From positions 124,001-188,000 of the forward strand of contig JADIIX010000005.1 in assembly GCA_027604505.1 (NCBI GenBank): 64,000 bases of DNA. The letters run 5' to 3'. Of this stretch, positions 24,996-38,640 are shown one piece after another. Under the pieces are notes generated by a model. That model was not told the DNA's origin, did not search any database, and worked only from the letters and a program-made list of their open reading frames with translations. The number at the start of each line of letters is the position of its first letter. Position 1 is the first letter of the stretch. The position numbers were made by a program, and so were the translations under genes. Source of the stretch: Gonapodya sp. JEL0774 (taxonomy: Eukaryota).

Positions 24996-26189
24996 TCATC
25001 GACTCTTCTTCCCCTCACTCGGCTCCGCACTATTCCCAAGCCGCTGCCAACCTGGTTTCGGTGCCCCAGCGTACATTGACCTTAATGGCAACGTCCGCAT
25101 CTCAACCCAGGCACCTTGCTCCCCTTCGGAATTGACTGTTCTTCGTGGGGAACGGTTCACCTTCTCGCCGCCTGGCGGTAACCTCCTCACGGGGTCAAGG
25201 ATTGATTCCGCAACATCCAACGCATCCGCAACTGCCGCCGGCCACCGTGCTGCGATCCGATCCCATACATCAACAACCACATCGATTTCGAACGCTTCCA
25301 CGGGATTCCGGTCCCGTAGAGCTCGGAGGATTGCGGAAGGGTGAGATGGGTCAAGGTGAGGAGGGTTGGTGAGGGGATTAGGTAAGGGACGATCGAGAAG
25401 TCCAGCGAGGGTGTGGGGTGGTGAAGTGGAGCGAGGCGGCAAAGACTGAGCGCAGAGAGAGACTGACGAGGAAACGCCGGAAGCTGAGGTCGTCGAGACG
25501 GCTCGCCGCCGAACGAAATCACCTGCGCCTCCGCCAGCCCTGCTTTGTTCATCTCCTCGTCGGTCTATGGAAATCACGGTACCTGCTTTCGAGAACTCGG
25601 TACTCCGCCAGGTACCGGATTTCCTCCCCTCAAATCTCGAACTCGAATTCTCTCCACTCGAGACCTGCAGAGTGCTAGCCGCGATCCCCGACCTCCGCTC
25701 AGAATTCTCAGCAACTGATAACGCCTGGAGTGCCGCTGAAACCTCAGCATCAATGACGTGAAGCCTGGTAGTTAGGGATGTTCGTGCTGAGATCCGCGAA
25801 TGAGTAGGTTCAAATTCTTTGTCCCCTTCTTCGTCACAAGAATGTCTCGAAACATCTTGGTCGGCGGAAGATCGACTGCCCTTCCCGTCACTCATATCCT
25901 TTCGTCCCTCACACCAACCACTGTCTCTCAATCTGTCGACTGGTATGGGGGGTGAATCGCGCCCCACACCTGGTGCCCTTGAAGAGGGTAACGTCGCCCA
26001 TGCCACTGTGGCTTCATGGACGTCCTCGTCCTCATCGTCAGCCAGGAAGTCACGCTGGGCATGGGCAGGTGATTCAGGATCATGACGAATGGGTGTCGAG
26101 AATGACGAGGACGGTGTCCGCGAAGGTGAAATGGAGGGGGGAGAGTATGAAGGTGAGATAGTGAATGGGCAAGGGATCTTCAGAACCAC
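24996..26189 (-). CDS. Hypothetical Ser/Arg-rich protein with a small helical C-terminal region
   Basis: 397-aa open frame; no family recognised. Confidence 0.45.
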   Translation of the reverse strand: MVLKIPCPFTISPSYSPPSISPSRTPSSSFSTPIRHDPESPAHAQRDFLADDEDEDVHEATVAWATLPSSRAPGVGRDSPPIPVDRLRDSGWCEGRKDMSDGKGSRSSADQDVSRHSCDEEGDKEFEPTHSRISARTSLTTRLHVIDAEVSAALQALSVAENSERRSGIAASTLQVSSGENSSSRFEGRKSGTWRSTEFSKAGTVISIDRRGDEQSRAGGGAGDFVRRRAVSTTSASGVSSSVSLCAQSLPPRSTSPPHTLAGLLDRPLPNPLTNPPHLDPSHPSAILRALRDRNPVEAFEIDVVVDVWDRIAARWPAAVADALDVAESILDPVRRLPPGGEKVNRSPRRTVNSEGEQGAWVEMRTLPLRSMYAGAPKPGWQRLGNSAEPSEGKKSR

Positions 26190-27458
26190 ACGGGACCGGA
26201 TGGAGTCGGAGGAGAAGAGGTTGTTGGCAGCGAGAATAGAGGAAACTGATTTGTGGATAGGGTGACAAGGTCATCAAAGATCAGCAATGTGAAACGATTT
26301 CCTCAAATAGTTAAACCCCATTCACATGAAACACGTCCCTAGCGGTGAGTCGTGTTTCGGGGATAGAGCGTCCGATTGTGAGAACAGCCGACATCCAGCG
26401 GAGGTCGAAACAACAGAGGACATCCTCCCTTCGGGACCCCGGACTGAGTCCAAGACCGACACCTCTCTCTAAGCTCTTAAAGTCAAAGAGCTTGGCTTGA
26501 ATGGCGAGAACGGGTGGAGTGGAGTGCGCTTTGTTCGAACTCCGCAAGTCCCGTGCAGTCAGTCAGTCTTCATAGGCTCCGCACTCTAAGTATGTTTGCA
26601 TCAACCACTTTCGTTTCTCAGACAAGGAAACTCCTCTTGTCGCAGCGCTGTAGAAAAGGCTTTGCCATTTCGCAATCTTCCCCTTGCCATTCCCAACCCT
26701 GAGTCATTGCCCAGCTTGTTTTCCTTGCGAACCTGTCGAGAATCTCTCTGCAGCCACTATGCCTGCTATTATTCCTTCCTTCACCATTTGCTGTTTCCTT
26801 CCTTCCTTCACCATTTATTCCTTCCTTCACCCGTTCCTTCCTTTCAACTCTTCCATTCACCATTTATGCTATTCGCCGAAAAACGCACCGTCTGTCCCAT
26901 ACTTGACAGCCAACCCCGACAAAGTGTCATTTTGAGACACTTGGTGCAGGATGGGCGGCGGGGGCATCGTATGCTGCTTTGGAAGCAATCGAAGGGCACT
27001 GGTCCTGGGTGAGGTCATGATCTCTCCACCCAATCAACAAACACAGCGAGAAGTTGTTCTATATCTATTTTCTTCAGATTGAAATATTCTATTTTCTTTA
27101 GAACCCACGAAATCTTTAGTGTATAAATGAGGCAAAATCAACTAACTTCGGGTTAGTCAGTGTCACAACAAGACCATATCATAGCAAAGTGAATGGTGAG
27201 ACACGAAGTAAATTTGGATCTCCGCTGAATCTCCATTGCCCCATATCTCTTGAAAGGAGAGTCCAATAAAAAGCGAAATGAACTCTTCCTCCCCTGTAGC
27301 TTTTCTCTGACATTTGTTCTTGCAATCAAAACTTGATTGTTTCTATTGAGTGGTGCTGGTTTGGGAGAACGAAAAGCACAGTAAAGTCGTGAAGTTCAGT
27401 TGCGCTCAGTTCGTGCTGTGGAACAAAAGTTAACTTCCTCTTCGTCCAAGTCCTATTT

Positions 27459-28940
27459 TATGGACATGCTCGGAGAACCGACGCTACCGGGTTCCTTTGG
27501 CGACCTCCTTCCACCGATGGATACAGGCGAGGCGCTTCAAATGGAGACGGAAATAGCGCAGCCTTTGCCGCCACCTGTACAACAGTCACCACAAGCCATC
27601 CATGAGCTGCAACCATCCCAGAATACCCAGGAACACGATTCACAAGCTGTCGCTTCGAATCTTTCTCCAGCGGAACCGCCGCCAATTGAAGAGCGAAGTT
27701 GGACTGAGGAATCCCAGTTTCCCTCCGATGCTGGTGCTCGAGTTCTTGGACCAGCAAGGGACCCTGTACACTACCCGCAGGCAGGTCCAGCCCAAGATAA
27801 ACCAGATCTTGCTGCTGCTTATAACGCCTCTCAGTACTCTGGGACCGGTCTCAGCCGGCCGGAAGGGCCACGTTTCACATGGGGAGGGGTACAAGAACAG
27901 ACACCGGAGCGAACAGAATCTCTTCCAACTGTCCTTCCGCCATCCCCCGCTTATACGGCACAGTCCCATGGCTACGACCAGGCTGTGTCGTCAGCGGTAC
28001 CGCGCACCGCACCCATAGTAGAACCACCCACTTACTTCAGCCCTGTGCCTGCACTCCATGACCCAATGTCTGAGACAACCAACTCCAATGTACGTAGACG
28101 CAATCTCTGCTGCAAACGCTCTTTTTAACCTGTAGCCACTGGCTGCTGGCGCACGGATTCTGTTTGATCGAGAATTTGGCTCCGTCCGCGCCTTGTCCCG
28201 AATACAGATCATTTCTGTGCTTGTCCGTTATTGATGTCAGAAAACCGATCCTCCCTTTCCTCCATATCCCCAGTTCCCCAACCCCCCATACCTTGCCGTT
28301 CCTAATGACATCCACGCCCTCCTCCAATCATGGCCCCGCCTCCGTGCTTCCAAACCGCAGCCGGTACCCCAACTCAATCCGCGGCTATTCCGCCCACAAG
28401 TCCAGTCGATTCCACAACGAAAGCCTATGGACACGCGCCTGGTGAAACAATATGTGGCCAGACAGAATTACCGACCGACAAATCCAGACGAACTTACAGT
28501 GTCAATTGGAGAGCACGTGGAGGCATTCGAAGGAATAAATGCAGGGTCCGGACTGGTGCGCTTATAGTGTCTCGATTCCTTTGTACTTCAATTGACTATG
28601 AACGAAACATTTTCAAACTGAACGGACATGCAGGTTGTCGGAACCAACCTCACCACTCAAAAAGTCGGTCTCATTTCACTCGCCCGGCTCGCAGATCTTC
28701 TACCTCGACACGCGGGGGGTCCGTATGTCATTCCGTCGCACGGCGTTATGTATGGGCAAGGGCATGGGCACGGACACGGACAAGGATATGGGTGAGTTCT
28801 CTGTCTCAAAACATTTACGCGTTGATTGTTAGATGTACTGTAACTGTGTATTCTTGTTCGTTTGTTCTTACACGGACGTTTTAGGATGCACGATAATCGC
28901 TATGTACCGGAGCGCAGTTCGAGTAGGTACCGCTGAGAAC
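27459..28940 (+). CDS. Hypothetical Pro/Gln-rich protein (multi-exon; 3' structure uncertain)
   Basis: ORF 27400-28128 with donor GTACGT near 28089 and further plausible exons to ~28935. Confidence 0.4.
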
Positions 28941-29235
28941 GATGGTTCCGGTCTCTGGCGTGGTCGTGATGAGATGGGGCTCGACGAACAGGGGGGAAAG
29001 GACTGCCGGTTAGAGGAGGATTCAAAGTATCGTATTAATTGACCCCGCCCTTGACGGGCAATCATCGGGATGCATGTAACCACTAAACATAAATATTGCA
29101 AAACCGTGCTTGGTACAAAGTTCTCTGGAGTCATTAAGCCCAGTCGATGTCCTCTTTCTTTGGGGTGTCCACCCTCTTGATGTGCGAGCCAACGGGAACC
29201 ACGTCACTTTCCTCTCATCCATACTGCACGTCATC

Positions 29236-29700
29236 GCACATGATCCAATGGAAAAACATCATTGGGGATACCATTCCACACACACTCTACGGGCGGTAAC
29301 TCCAAGAGGCAGTTACCGACACCGCCGATGATGGAGAATGGACGGTGTCGGCGCCGTCAGTAACTACCACGTCCTCGCCGCCTCGCGAGCTCGTCAACAA
29401 CAAATCGCATGATACTCGTCGGGACTCCAGCACAGTCGAGGTACGCATCGCAATTTCAAGTCTCCAGCGGCGGTGAACGCGCATCAATTATACGCTTACT
29501 AGTGAGATAAATGCCCATCCCTAGTACCCCACTCGAATGCATCCCCAACCGCACCGCCCACCTTCGCTCGCAGCGTCCTCGTCTGCTTTTGGGCGTCTCC
29601 CTCGGCTACGCAGCATGGCTACCGACGCCGATATCTTCGCCCTGGAGATGAACTCTATCTCGGCGCTCCTGCGCCCCGGCTTCGGCCTTGGCGTCGTGTT
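29236..29700. pseudogene. Chimeric relic: copy of the Ngl2-like gene 3' end abutting a copy of hydrolase exon2-intron-exon3
   Basis: 29236-29336 matches 30061-30162. ~29345-29700 matches ~20295-20645 with indels (e.g. atactcgtcgg...cacag.cga.ggtacgcatcgca). Confidence 0.75.
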
Positions 29701-30028
29701 TCATTGCCAGGACTAACTATTACAATACACATCACTACCACTGCTTCTTCAGTTCCACTCTGTCCCACATCTCCAGTGTCTGCCCCACTACTACTAGTAC
29801 TATGTATATCTATTATCTCGCACATCGACTCAGTGGTCATACAACAGTAGACAGAAATGGGACATTCTTGCCAGTTGCAGCCCCGTAATCACCTAACATA
29901 AATATATGAGAACCATGGGTGATACATATGTCCTCTTGAGTTCACGTTACCAGGGTCTTTTTCTACACTGTTCAGCCCACTTCTGTGAGTGCCACGAAGT
30001 GTCCAACTCTGGCAACACCTCACCTCCG

Positions 30029-32899
30029 TCAAAACCACAGTCCAAGCTCACACATCACCGGCACATGATCCGACGGAAAGGCATCATTGGGTATACCGTT
30101 CCACACACACTCTATGGGGGGTAACTCCAGGAGCGCCGTGACCGACACCGCGGATGATGGAGCCTTGACCCTCGCCGCTTTGTCCTCCACAATTGCCCCA
30201 ATTCTCCTACCGTTCGTGTCCATCTCGCCCCCCCACTCACCCCCCATACCACCGTACCCTACAAACACATAGTCCAACGTCCCACTCCATCCCGCGTACG
30301 TCGTCCAGGGCGGCTCCCCTTCCCAACCTACTTCCCCTACACCGATCAATCCACTCCCACTTCCATTCCCGTGACCATTCGCGCCACCACCGGTCACGGT
30401 CCCGGTCGCGTTCCCGTTGTTCCGATCCCACTTGGGATCCCTATTTCTCTTTCCGAACACGTTTGTGTACCGGGAGTGAGTCGACGTGAGCCTCGGCATA
30501 CCGGGCCGTCTCAGACGAGAGAGTATGTAGGATACGGGGTGGGGATTCTGCGGACGGGGTACGAACGGCAGGGTCTGAGATGTGGCGCGGGAGTCGGGAG
30601 GAGATGTGGGCGCCTCCCCCGAATTGTCCGCTGGTTGCAATTCGGAGTAAGAGCTCGAGCTCGCGCCACCGCTCGCACTCGCACTCTCAGATGCACTGGT
30701 CCCCGCGTCACGGCTGGGCACGAGACCGTACCCTGACCATGCTTCTTCGCAGGGTTCCAGCCGAGCAAGCTGTTCATCTGTGAGCTGCTGTCCCGTCAGC
30801 ACAGTGTACAGGGGGTCGGTGGGGAGGGTGTTGAAATCTACCACAGGTGGAGAAGCCGTCGGATTGACACTTGAGCATGCCCTCTTACAAGTGCAACCCT
30901 TTAACTCACCTCCACACATGATAACAGGCCAACCGGCTGCCCCCAATTCTGGCCACTTTTGCATCGCCTCCTCTCTCGCCTCCCTCACCGCCTCACAAAG
31001 CACCCACACCTGCCTCAACCTCTCATACGTCGCTGTGGGACGCCAGAAAAGATGGCAGTTGGTCATGATGACACCAAATTCAGTCGATGTGGACGTGGAC
31101 GTTGTCGATTGGGGGGTGTGCGCGAGGAGGAGGATTTGCCCGACGTTCCCCGTACGAGGGGTTAACGGAGTGGGCGAGGCAAGCGGCGATGTATCGAAAT
31201 AAACAGGTATGTGGCTAAGTAGCCGGAAGCTGGTTTTGTGCGGGAGGTTTCATTTCGGAAATGAACTTCCCGTCGTTGTCACTCCGCCAAACTCACTGAA
31301 GCCCCCTCCAACTCACCTCCCCTTCCTCCACCCACCCACCACCCCATGTCCCGTGCCCTCTCTCTCCATCCTGCTACCTCCCACGACCTGTTTCTCGACC
31401 CACACGGTCTCGTACCCCACCTTGGCAAGCTCGAGTTGGAGTGCGGGGAACCGGTCCACCTCTTGCATGGCGAGGAGGGAAGGGAGGAGGAGGGAGAGGT
31501 GGTGGATGAGGAGGGTGGTGCGGTGTTTTACCTAAGGGGGAGTGGGGAGGGACGAGAGTGAAGAGGGGAAGACGAGAGGTGGAGGAGTAGAAATCCGTCA
31601 GTGTGGGCGATGGTGGGACTTCACCTCACTCGATATGACTGTCATCACCATATGGCTCGCACTTCTCGCAAGGAAGCCTTCAGCCAACCTCATTCCCCTT
31701 TGCCGATTGCCCACCTCCCATTCACGGTCGCACGGACTCGACCGCCGCTCTCCCTACCCGCCGCCCCTCCTGTCTCACCTGACCTTCAACGCCTCCCTCG
31801 TCGCCCACGGGAAGAAATCCCTCCTGACCAAACACTGCGCCAGGACATTGTAACTCGCCACGGAGAATACTGCTGTCGGGGTGACGGTGGCAGTGGCGGA
31901 TGGTGGTGTTGTGCCCGGGTACGCCCAAGGCCACGCCCGCGAGTCCGTGGCCGGAGGGCTGCAGGAAGAGGAACCAGATGGCGAGAGGAGACGGTCGGGG
32001 AGCGGGAGGGGTTGGGCCGGGCCAATGGGGGGGATGCGGGCAAGGAGGCGAGGCACGGGAGGTGGGACGGGTGGGGGTGGGGCGTAGGTTGGGCGGGGGA
32101 GGGGGACTTGAGAGGTAGATGGCGAGGTAACGAGAGATGGGTTCAGAAAGATGGGTATGAGTCGGCCGGGTGTGGGGTAGGTTGAAGGCAGGAGAGAGCA
32201 AATAAAAGAAAATCGGCATTGATCGAAGCCAGTGGGGAACGCCAACATAATTCCCACCCGCAGCCTATCACATACAGATTCCCACGCCAACTCTACTCCC
32301 CACCCCGAACTCTCCCACGCAATCCCAACAGGAAACACCGTAGCAGCCTCTTCTCGTCCCTGTCCCCGAGACAACGCACCTGAAGGAGTCTCGCGATGTG
32401 GTGTGGATGGCGACTGGGATTTTGCAGGTTTGGCGGGGATCGGGCTGTTGGAGGTGGAGGTGGAAGTGCTGGAGGGATTGGCTGTGGTTGTCTTGCGAGA
32501 ACGAGTTGGCGTAGAGTCTGTGTGGAATGTTTTGGAGCGGGAGTTGGGCTTGGGTTTGGAGGTGGGGCGGGCCTCACCCAGCTTGGGGGTCGGGTGATGT
32601 GGAGTCGCAGATGAAACAGAGGATGAACGTTGCGTTGGTGGTTTGGGAGGGGACGGTGTGTGAGTTGGGGCAGGTGGGGAGATTGGAGATGACGGGGAGG
32701 ACGAGGAGGGGGAGGACGCGGAGCAAGAGGGAGATGGTGAGGGCGATGGGGAGTGGGAGTGGGAGGGAGCCAGAGCCGGGGCCGGGTTACGTAGAGATGC
32801 CAACGGAGGGTATGAGACAGAGTCGAGAGAAGGGGGAGATTCGTGGGTCTGAGTGTGGGTCTGGGAATGAGAATGGGCGGGAGATGGAGGTGGGGGCAT
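30029..32899 (-). CDS. NGL2: Ngl2/Angel-type (CCR4-like, no LRR) endonuclease/exonuclease/phosphatase
   Basis: SYNVLAQCLVRRDFFP, MQEVD, NCHLFW, CG|DFN, TLDYVF and FPSDHVPVMCEL motifs. Disordered S/P-rich N-terminus; start codon uncertain. Confidence 0.88.
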
Positions 32900-33813
32900 A
32901 GAGGACCAACGAGTGGGGGTGAGGATGATTGTACAAGAAGAAATAGGAAGATAGATCGAAAACGGGGATGGAAGGATAGTTGATGATGGTGTGGCGAGAA
33001 GACGAGGGGTTGGAGGGAAGCGGAGGCGGCCGTGGAGGTGGGCTCGGGGGCACGTTGTGGGGGTGGCGTAGGGGGAAAACAAGAGCTGTGGAGTGCAGAG
33101 GGGTGTGCGAGCAAAACGCTGTTGAGCCTCAAGTGTCCGTGGTTTGTTTCTCGGGTGTCACGGAATTGTGTGTGTGCGAACTGGTTCGCGAACTCGGGGA
33201 CACAACCCAGACCGATTCGTTAGATAAAATCCTGCTTCGACGCTGAGAATAGCATTTCCTCCCCACTTTATTAATCGGAGACAAAATGATAACTGCATTT
33301 TTCCGTCCGTCCGGCTGCAACCTGTGTGTACGCGTCCCACCTCCAGACGACCGCCAACACAAGCAAATCCCACCCACCACCGACAAAATTGTCCTCGTAG
33401 ACTTTCCTGCGTGTCACTTTCGGTCTCCGGGTCTCCAGACACCATTTTCTGGTCGCGTTCGCTCAAATCTGGACTTCAAAGTTTTCCGTTTCTTCGTCCC
33501 ATGGCGAATCAGTGCTCTCTGGGATCGATGATCCTTCCGAGCAAGGCAATCTACGGGACTGAATGAATCCACTCACCGGATGCAACGAAGGCAATGAATG
33601 ATTCCAAGCAGTGTGAAGAGGCCACAGACAGGAAGCGCCTGCCTCCGAGGATCAGCAAATTATGCTTCAAGCAAGACTACAAAACAAAAAAGAGAATTAC
33701 CCAGTAAATAAAACTAACTCTATCAAAGTCAACGGGAGTTAGCTCCTCTCCCTGCCGGTATGAATGACAAACAGTAGAGGGACACTAAAGACGGTGGCTT
33801 CATACATGCACGG

Positions 33814-36139
33814 CTATGTTTTGGCCTCCGACGCAGTGGGGTTCAAATTCAATGACCGACACCACTCCGAGCACTTATGACTGTTCAAAAACGCTTGTCT
33901 CCCTTCCTCTCCGTTGTTAGCATCCAGGTCGTGGTCCTGCAGACAACGGAGTTTGGAAAGCAGGTTGGCTCCGTAATGTGACCATGGATCACCGAGCTAT
34001 GCTCACCAGACCCTCAAAGTCCGTGCTCAGTGTGTGAACTGCTGGATCTGTGAGCCGGAAGACAAGGTGGTCCGGATTGGATTCATCGCAAAACCCTTGG
34101 TTGTCTGTGACCAGCACGCGCTGCATCGGGTTTGAACGCAAGAGAAAGTAAGTTCTCGCGGCCACTGCTTTGTTATTCGTGGGTGACAAAGCGGACATGA
34201 ACGCCCAAGCACTCTCACCTCCCCGGAGAACTGGTACGTGTAGTGAGTGAATGCACTCAGCAACCGCCCATAATCATTGTCAAGAGCGACTTCTCTGTCA
34301 AATCCAAAAATAAATACCATCAAATGCCACAAGACCCCCAAAATACAACAAAATACAACAAAATCAGCAAGGGGAGAAACCAATAGAAAACATGGAAGAG
34401 CTCGTTGCATGTAGACACACTCACGCATTGTTACTCCATTTTGTCCACCCGTCCAGCATATCTTCGATCATGTAAACTTGCTTGTTGTCGTTATGAATGG
34501 CAATGGTAGTTGACTTGACAACGCATTTCATCGAATGTGTGCAACGACTCCATCGCAACGAACGACAAATCACCCACCAGATACCCAATTGTAATCTTCG
34601 CCTTGATCGGCCTCGTATCCCCCGAGAGATCCTTGATCGCGTCTGTAAAGCACCTCGCAAACACCTCGGCCACCACCGTCGCCTTGGCAACTTTGAGTGC
34701 GTGCTCAGAGTCGATTTCGATACTGCGTTGAAGATGAAATAGTTTGGCGACTGTTTTCGGTCGAGATGGTGCAAGGGTCGAAAAGTAGGCGGAGCGGTAA
34801 AGGCCTTTCGCGAACGGTTTGCTCATGCGTTGGAGCTGGACAGAGGTGGCTGGGGTGGATTTGACGCGGATGTCTGAGAGGGTGAAGGTGTCAAGTTGTC
34901 CGCGATGGGGTACAGGGGTTTCGGGGGCGGAGACGAAACTTGAAGTGGCAAGGTATTAAACGGACACCAGCCGAGCGGTGGCGAACGTGTGAAGAAATGA
35001 AGAGAAACAACAACTCCGCTCCACCTGCCTTAAGAGGTACGATCGGAGCCCTGTACTATAGTAGCCGTCGACATCAAGTGAGTAGACGGTCGCCGACACG
35101 GTGAGTCGGATTGGCCAATCAAAGTTGGAGGCCCAAGTTGGTTCGGTGGCTTCGGTTTCGATTTCGTTACCCAACTCTTGCACGCGGAGCATGATGTCGC
35201 GTCGTTGTGTCAGCTGTTCCATCGCCACGAGTTTCCCCTGCCATTTTTCCCGACTGGCGCAGGCAGCTTCGAAGTCCTGGAGGTGTTGGGCAGAGCGGGC
35301 CTGGAAACCAGTGAGGGTATCTTGGAGCTGCAGCAGGGCGAGTTCAGTTCTCGTCTCATTGAGGGCCTTTTCACCCTGCTTGAGCTCCATGCAGGCTTTG
35401 AGGGTATCGAGTTCCTCTTGACGGGCGTGGAGCTCCGCTCGGAGCTCCTCGGAGCGCTGCCGGCCTGCCTCGATGATCTGGGGCAAGGTTGCGAAGGTCG
35501 CAATCACTGACTCCTGGTGGGCACGCAAGGATGCCAGAAGGGAATTTTCTCGGGAAAGTCGCTCCACGATCTCGCGGTTGGTTGCCAGGGAGAGGGAGAG
35601 TTCGGCGAGGAGAACTCGTTGGGCATTGTTGAGGACAGTGGGTATGTCGGACAGGAGCTGCATGTCCATCTGTATTTGGAGGGTTTCTTGGTGGAGGGCG
35701 GTGAGGGCGGGAGTTTGTGCCTGCGGCAGTGCCCATTCGATGAACTTTTTCCGGGTAGAAATCCTCCTGCTGGATTCTTTCGCCGCGTGGAGTGCGAGTT
35801 CCAGGTTGTGTCGACGGGCTTCCAAAATGTGTGCAGAGTGGACGGAATTTCGGGCAACATCAAGATATTCGGAGATTATTTGGCGGTTGGTGTGCATGAC
35901 TTGGAGAGACATGTAGAGAGCTTCTTCTTGCTGTTGGAGTTGTGCGAGCACATCATCTAAGACACAATGCCATGAAACAGTCCGGTGCGTGCGGAGCAAG
36001 AGGTCAGAGAGATGAAACATGGTCGAGCAAGGTGAGCAGGGTAAGAGAAGTCCGCAAAGTATGTATAAGCAAAAATTGCTGGTAGTAATCATTCGTAGGA
36101 AAGGATGAAAGAGAACAGATTCAACTAACAGAAGGCCAT
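33814..36139 (-). CDS. Alpha-kinase (eEF2K/MHCK family) with long N-terminal coiled coil, paralog 1
   Basis: KPFAKGLYRSAY, VAKLF, MIEDMLDGWTKWSNN, SAFTHYTY, VLVTDNQG, LTDPAVHT and the C-terminal Zn motif HKCSEWC. First exon is MAF, then ~300 aa of heptad-rich helix. Confidence 0.9.
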
Positions 36140-36447
36140 CGTAGCGGGACAAAGCACCGGTTTTCGAATCGAGAGCTCAAGGATCAAAAGAAGTGTCCAG
36201 GAGACCGAACAGTGCGTTACGAATAGAACATCGGGTTCTGTGGCGACCTCTTCTCGGCTCCACAGCACTTCCTCCCGGACAAACCCCAAAGGAGTTAGAA
36301 CACGGCTTTCAAAGCTCCCGTTTAAAAGATGCAAAGTATTCTTCGCTTTTTCATGGAACTACCCGTGCGATGAGTCTTTCTTCCCTTTCTCCCTCCTTCT
36401 TCGACACCTGCCCTTCATGCAGTCTCGAACATATCCCGTTTGTATTA

Positions 36448-37800
36448 TTATGTAATTGCAAAATATCTAAGTTTAGTTTTTTCAGCAGAATCATCGCTTT
36501 TTCGTTGCGACTCCCATAATTCCCGGTCCCACTGTCTCCTCACCCCGATTGCCCACAAAGACCAGAGTCGGCGGCCCGAAGTTATACATCTCGGACCCAC
36601 TGTTGTACATATGGGATCCACTATCGCGCCTCTCAGATCCGCTCTCGTATCTCTCTGATATTGTGGCAACTGGGCGGCTGCGTTGACCAAGCCTCCATAC
36701 AACGTGAGCGCTCCAAATTTGGGTGAATAAGAGAGTCAGGGAGGAAATGGGGAGGAGGATATCTGGGACATTATGCCAGATGATCAGCAGTGGGTCTGCG
36801 AGTGACTTCTAGGGGGCCCCGAAACCTACTCGTGGCCAATATGTATGGGTTTGAAGTACCCATTATCGCGATATACTTTCCCCAGAGCGCAAGAGCGTAT
36901 GCCAGAGACACGAGCTTGAGTAGAAAAGGAATGATTGCACCAGCGAGGAGAACGTAGTGTGTCAACCATTTCTTGGGTCGGTAGCGATCTAGGGAGATCA
37001 ATGATGAAGATCGGGAAAGTGTCCACAAAACAAATTGTGAGTGTGATCGATTCTCCAGCGCGAGCGCGGTATCGGGATCAAATACCACTCACAGAGCAAC
37101 AAACCGACAAACGTGATTTGCTCTAGTGTTGCCTGGTACAAAAGCGTAAGACCAATCCTGATCAAGTTCAGGTCAAACGTCTCTCCGAAGACAGACATAA
37201 TGAGGACGCTGAGGAGAATGGTGCAGAGGTGATGCGTCAACTGGTTACACGACCAGAGCCATGACGTTGGCGTCACTAATTGTTCTTCGGCTTTGGATCA
37301 TTTCCCAAAACCAGACTAACTGTATCCTCACCAATGTCAGTCTCAACTTTCTCCGAAAGAGCATCTCTGAACAATAGAGTAAGCAAACCATACTCGCTGC
37401 GGTGCGTCCCAGCTGAAGCTCCGGTAATGAAATAGCATGATTGGGATCCAGGATCCGAATTGTAGCAAGCTGAATTGCCAGTACAATTGTTGTAAAGATG
37501 ATCTGGGGGAAAGGATTTGGCCGTTCCGTCTGATGAACAGACCGAAACGTTCAAACTCCACGAACAGCATCATGCGCTCACCTGCACAAGATAAGAGATA
37601 ACATTCACTCTCAGATCCTCCGTAAAACTCTCCCACCGCTTCCGATCGAGTCTCTTCAATATGAACCCGCAAAGCTTAATGGAAGCGTGTACAACAATCA
37701 GAAAAACGATGTAGTTGACCGAGAACCAAGTAGGGGACGTGAAAGTGACGTTCTCGAGCTCGCAAATGTCAATTGCAACTGGGGCAACTAGGTCCGACAT
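36448..37800 (-). CDS. Multi-pass membrane protein, possibly TLC (TRAM/LAG1/CLN8)-like
   Basis: Several hydrophobic exons; LTHHLCTILL and LYQATLEQ segments resemble the TLC HH and E motifs. Exon joins are approximate. Confidence 0.5.
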
Positions 37801-38640
37801 ACTGGGGTAATTGGAACCACGGCGGTTGGGGGGCGTATGGATTATTAAATCAAAAGGTTCTCGGCCCCACAGCTCTAAATTCTGGCGAATGCCTTGCCTT
37901 AGTCAAAACAGAACGGGGGGCGGTGCATCGGAATTTATCCTGTTCGGAGTGGGGGGCGATAACCTGTGCATGAACTAATCTCAGGCAGTGAACGAGATCC
38001 GACAGTTCAGCTCCGTGTTGAATGGAGTTTCTAGGTTACGGATGTGCTACAAGCTAACACAAATGCAGGATGGAGGCGGGACGTTTGGAGAGGGGGCTGT
38101 GACCGCAAATTTTCGGAAATGCCAGAGCGTGCTGCCGAACCGGCTAAACTCGGGGATTCTCAGGGCCAGGTTCATCATCAGAAGAGTAATTTGACAAGCG
38201 CTGGACGCTTCAACGATCAGAAGGAGGAAGCTCATTCCCTCCGTTAGTCCAGACGCTGCCGGTTGTTTCCCAACCACTCTCAGGGATTGCTTCGAAGACT
38301 CATACCACAAGGTCGATGAAAATAACAATTTCATATCGAGATAACAGAGCGCCAGCGGAGTCGTGCGTTGTACCATCACAAATGACTCTTGTGCATTAGT
38401 AGGAATAACTTGCACTTATGGACACGATGTTTTTGCTTGCGGTTGCTTATCTCGTAATTCTGTGTATGGTGTGACACTGCCACCGACAACGAACCCTAGG
38501 ATTTTCATGCACAACAACAGAATAGATGCTTAAAGTGTTGTATTCAACCTCTCAAAATACGAAAGTGCAAGAAGATAATGCTGATGAGTTCTAGAAAACC
38601 AACTCCGCCCATTCCACCTCTCCCACATCACAACTGCCTA

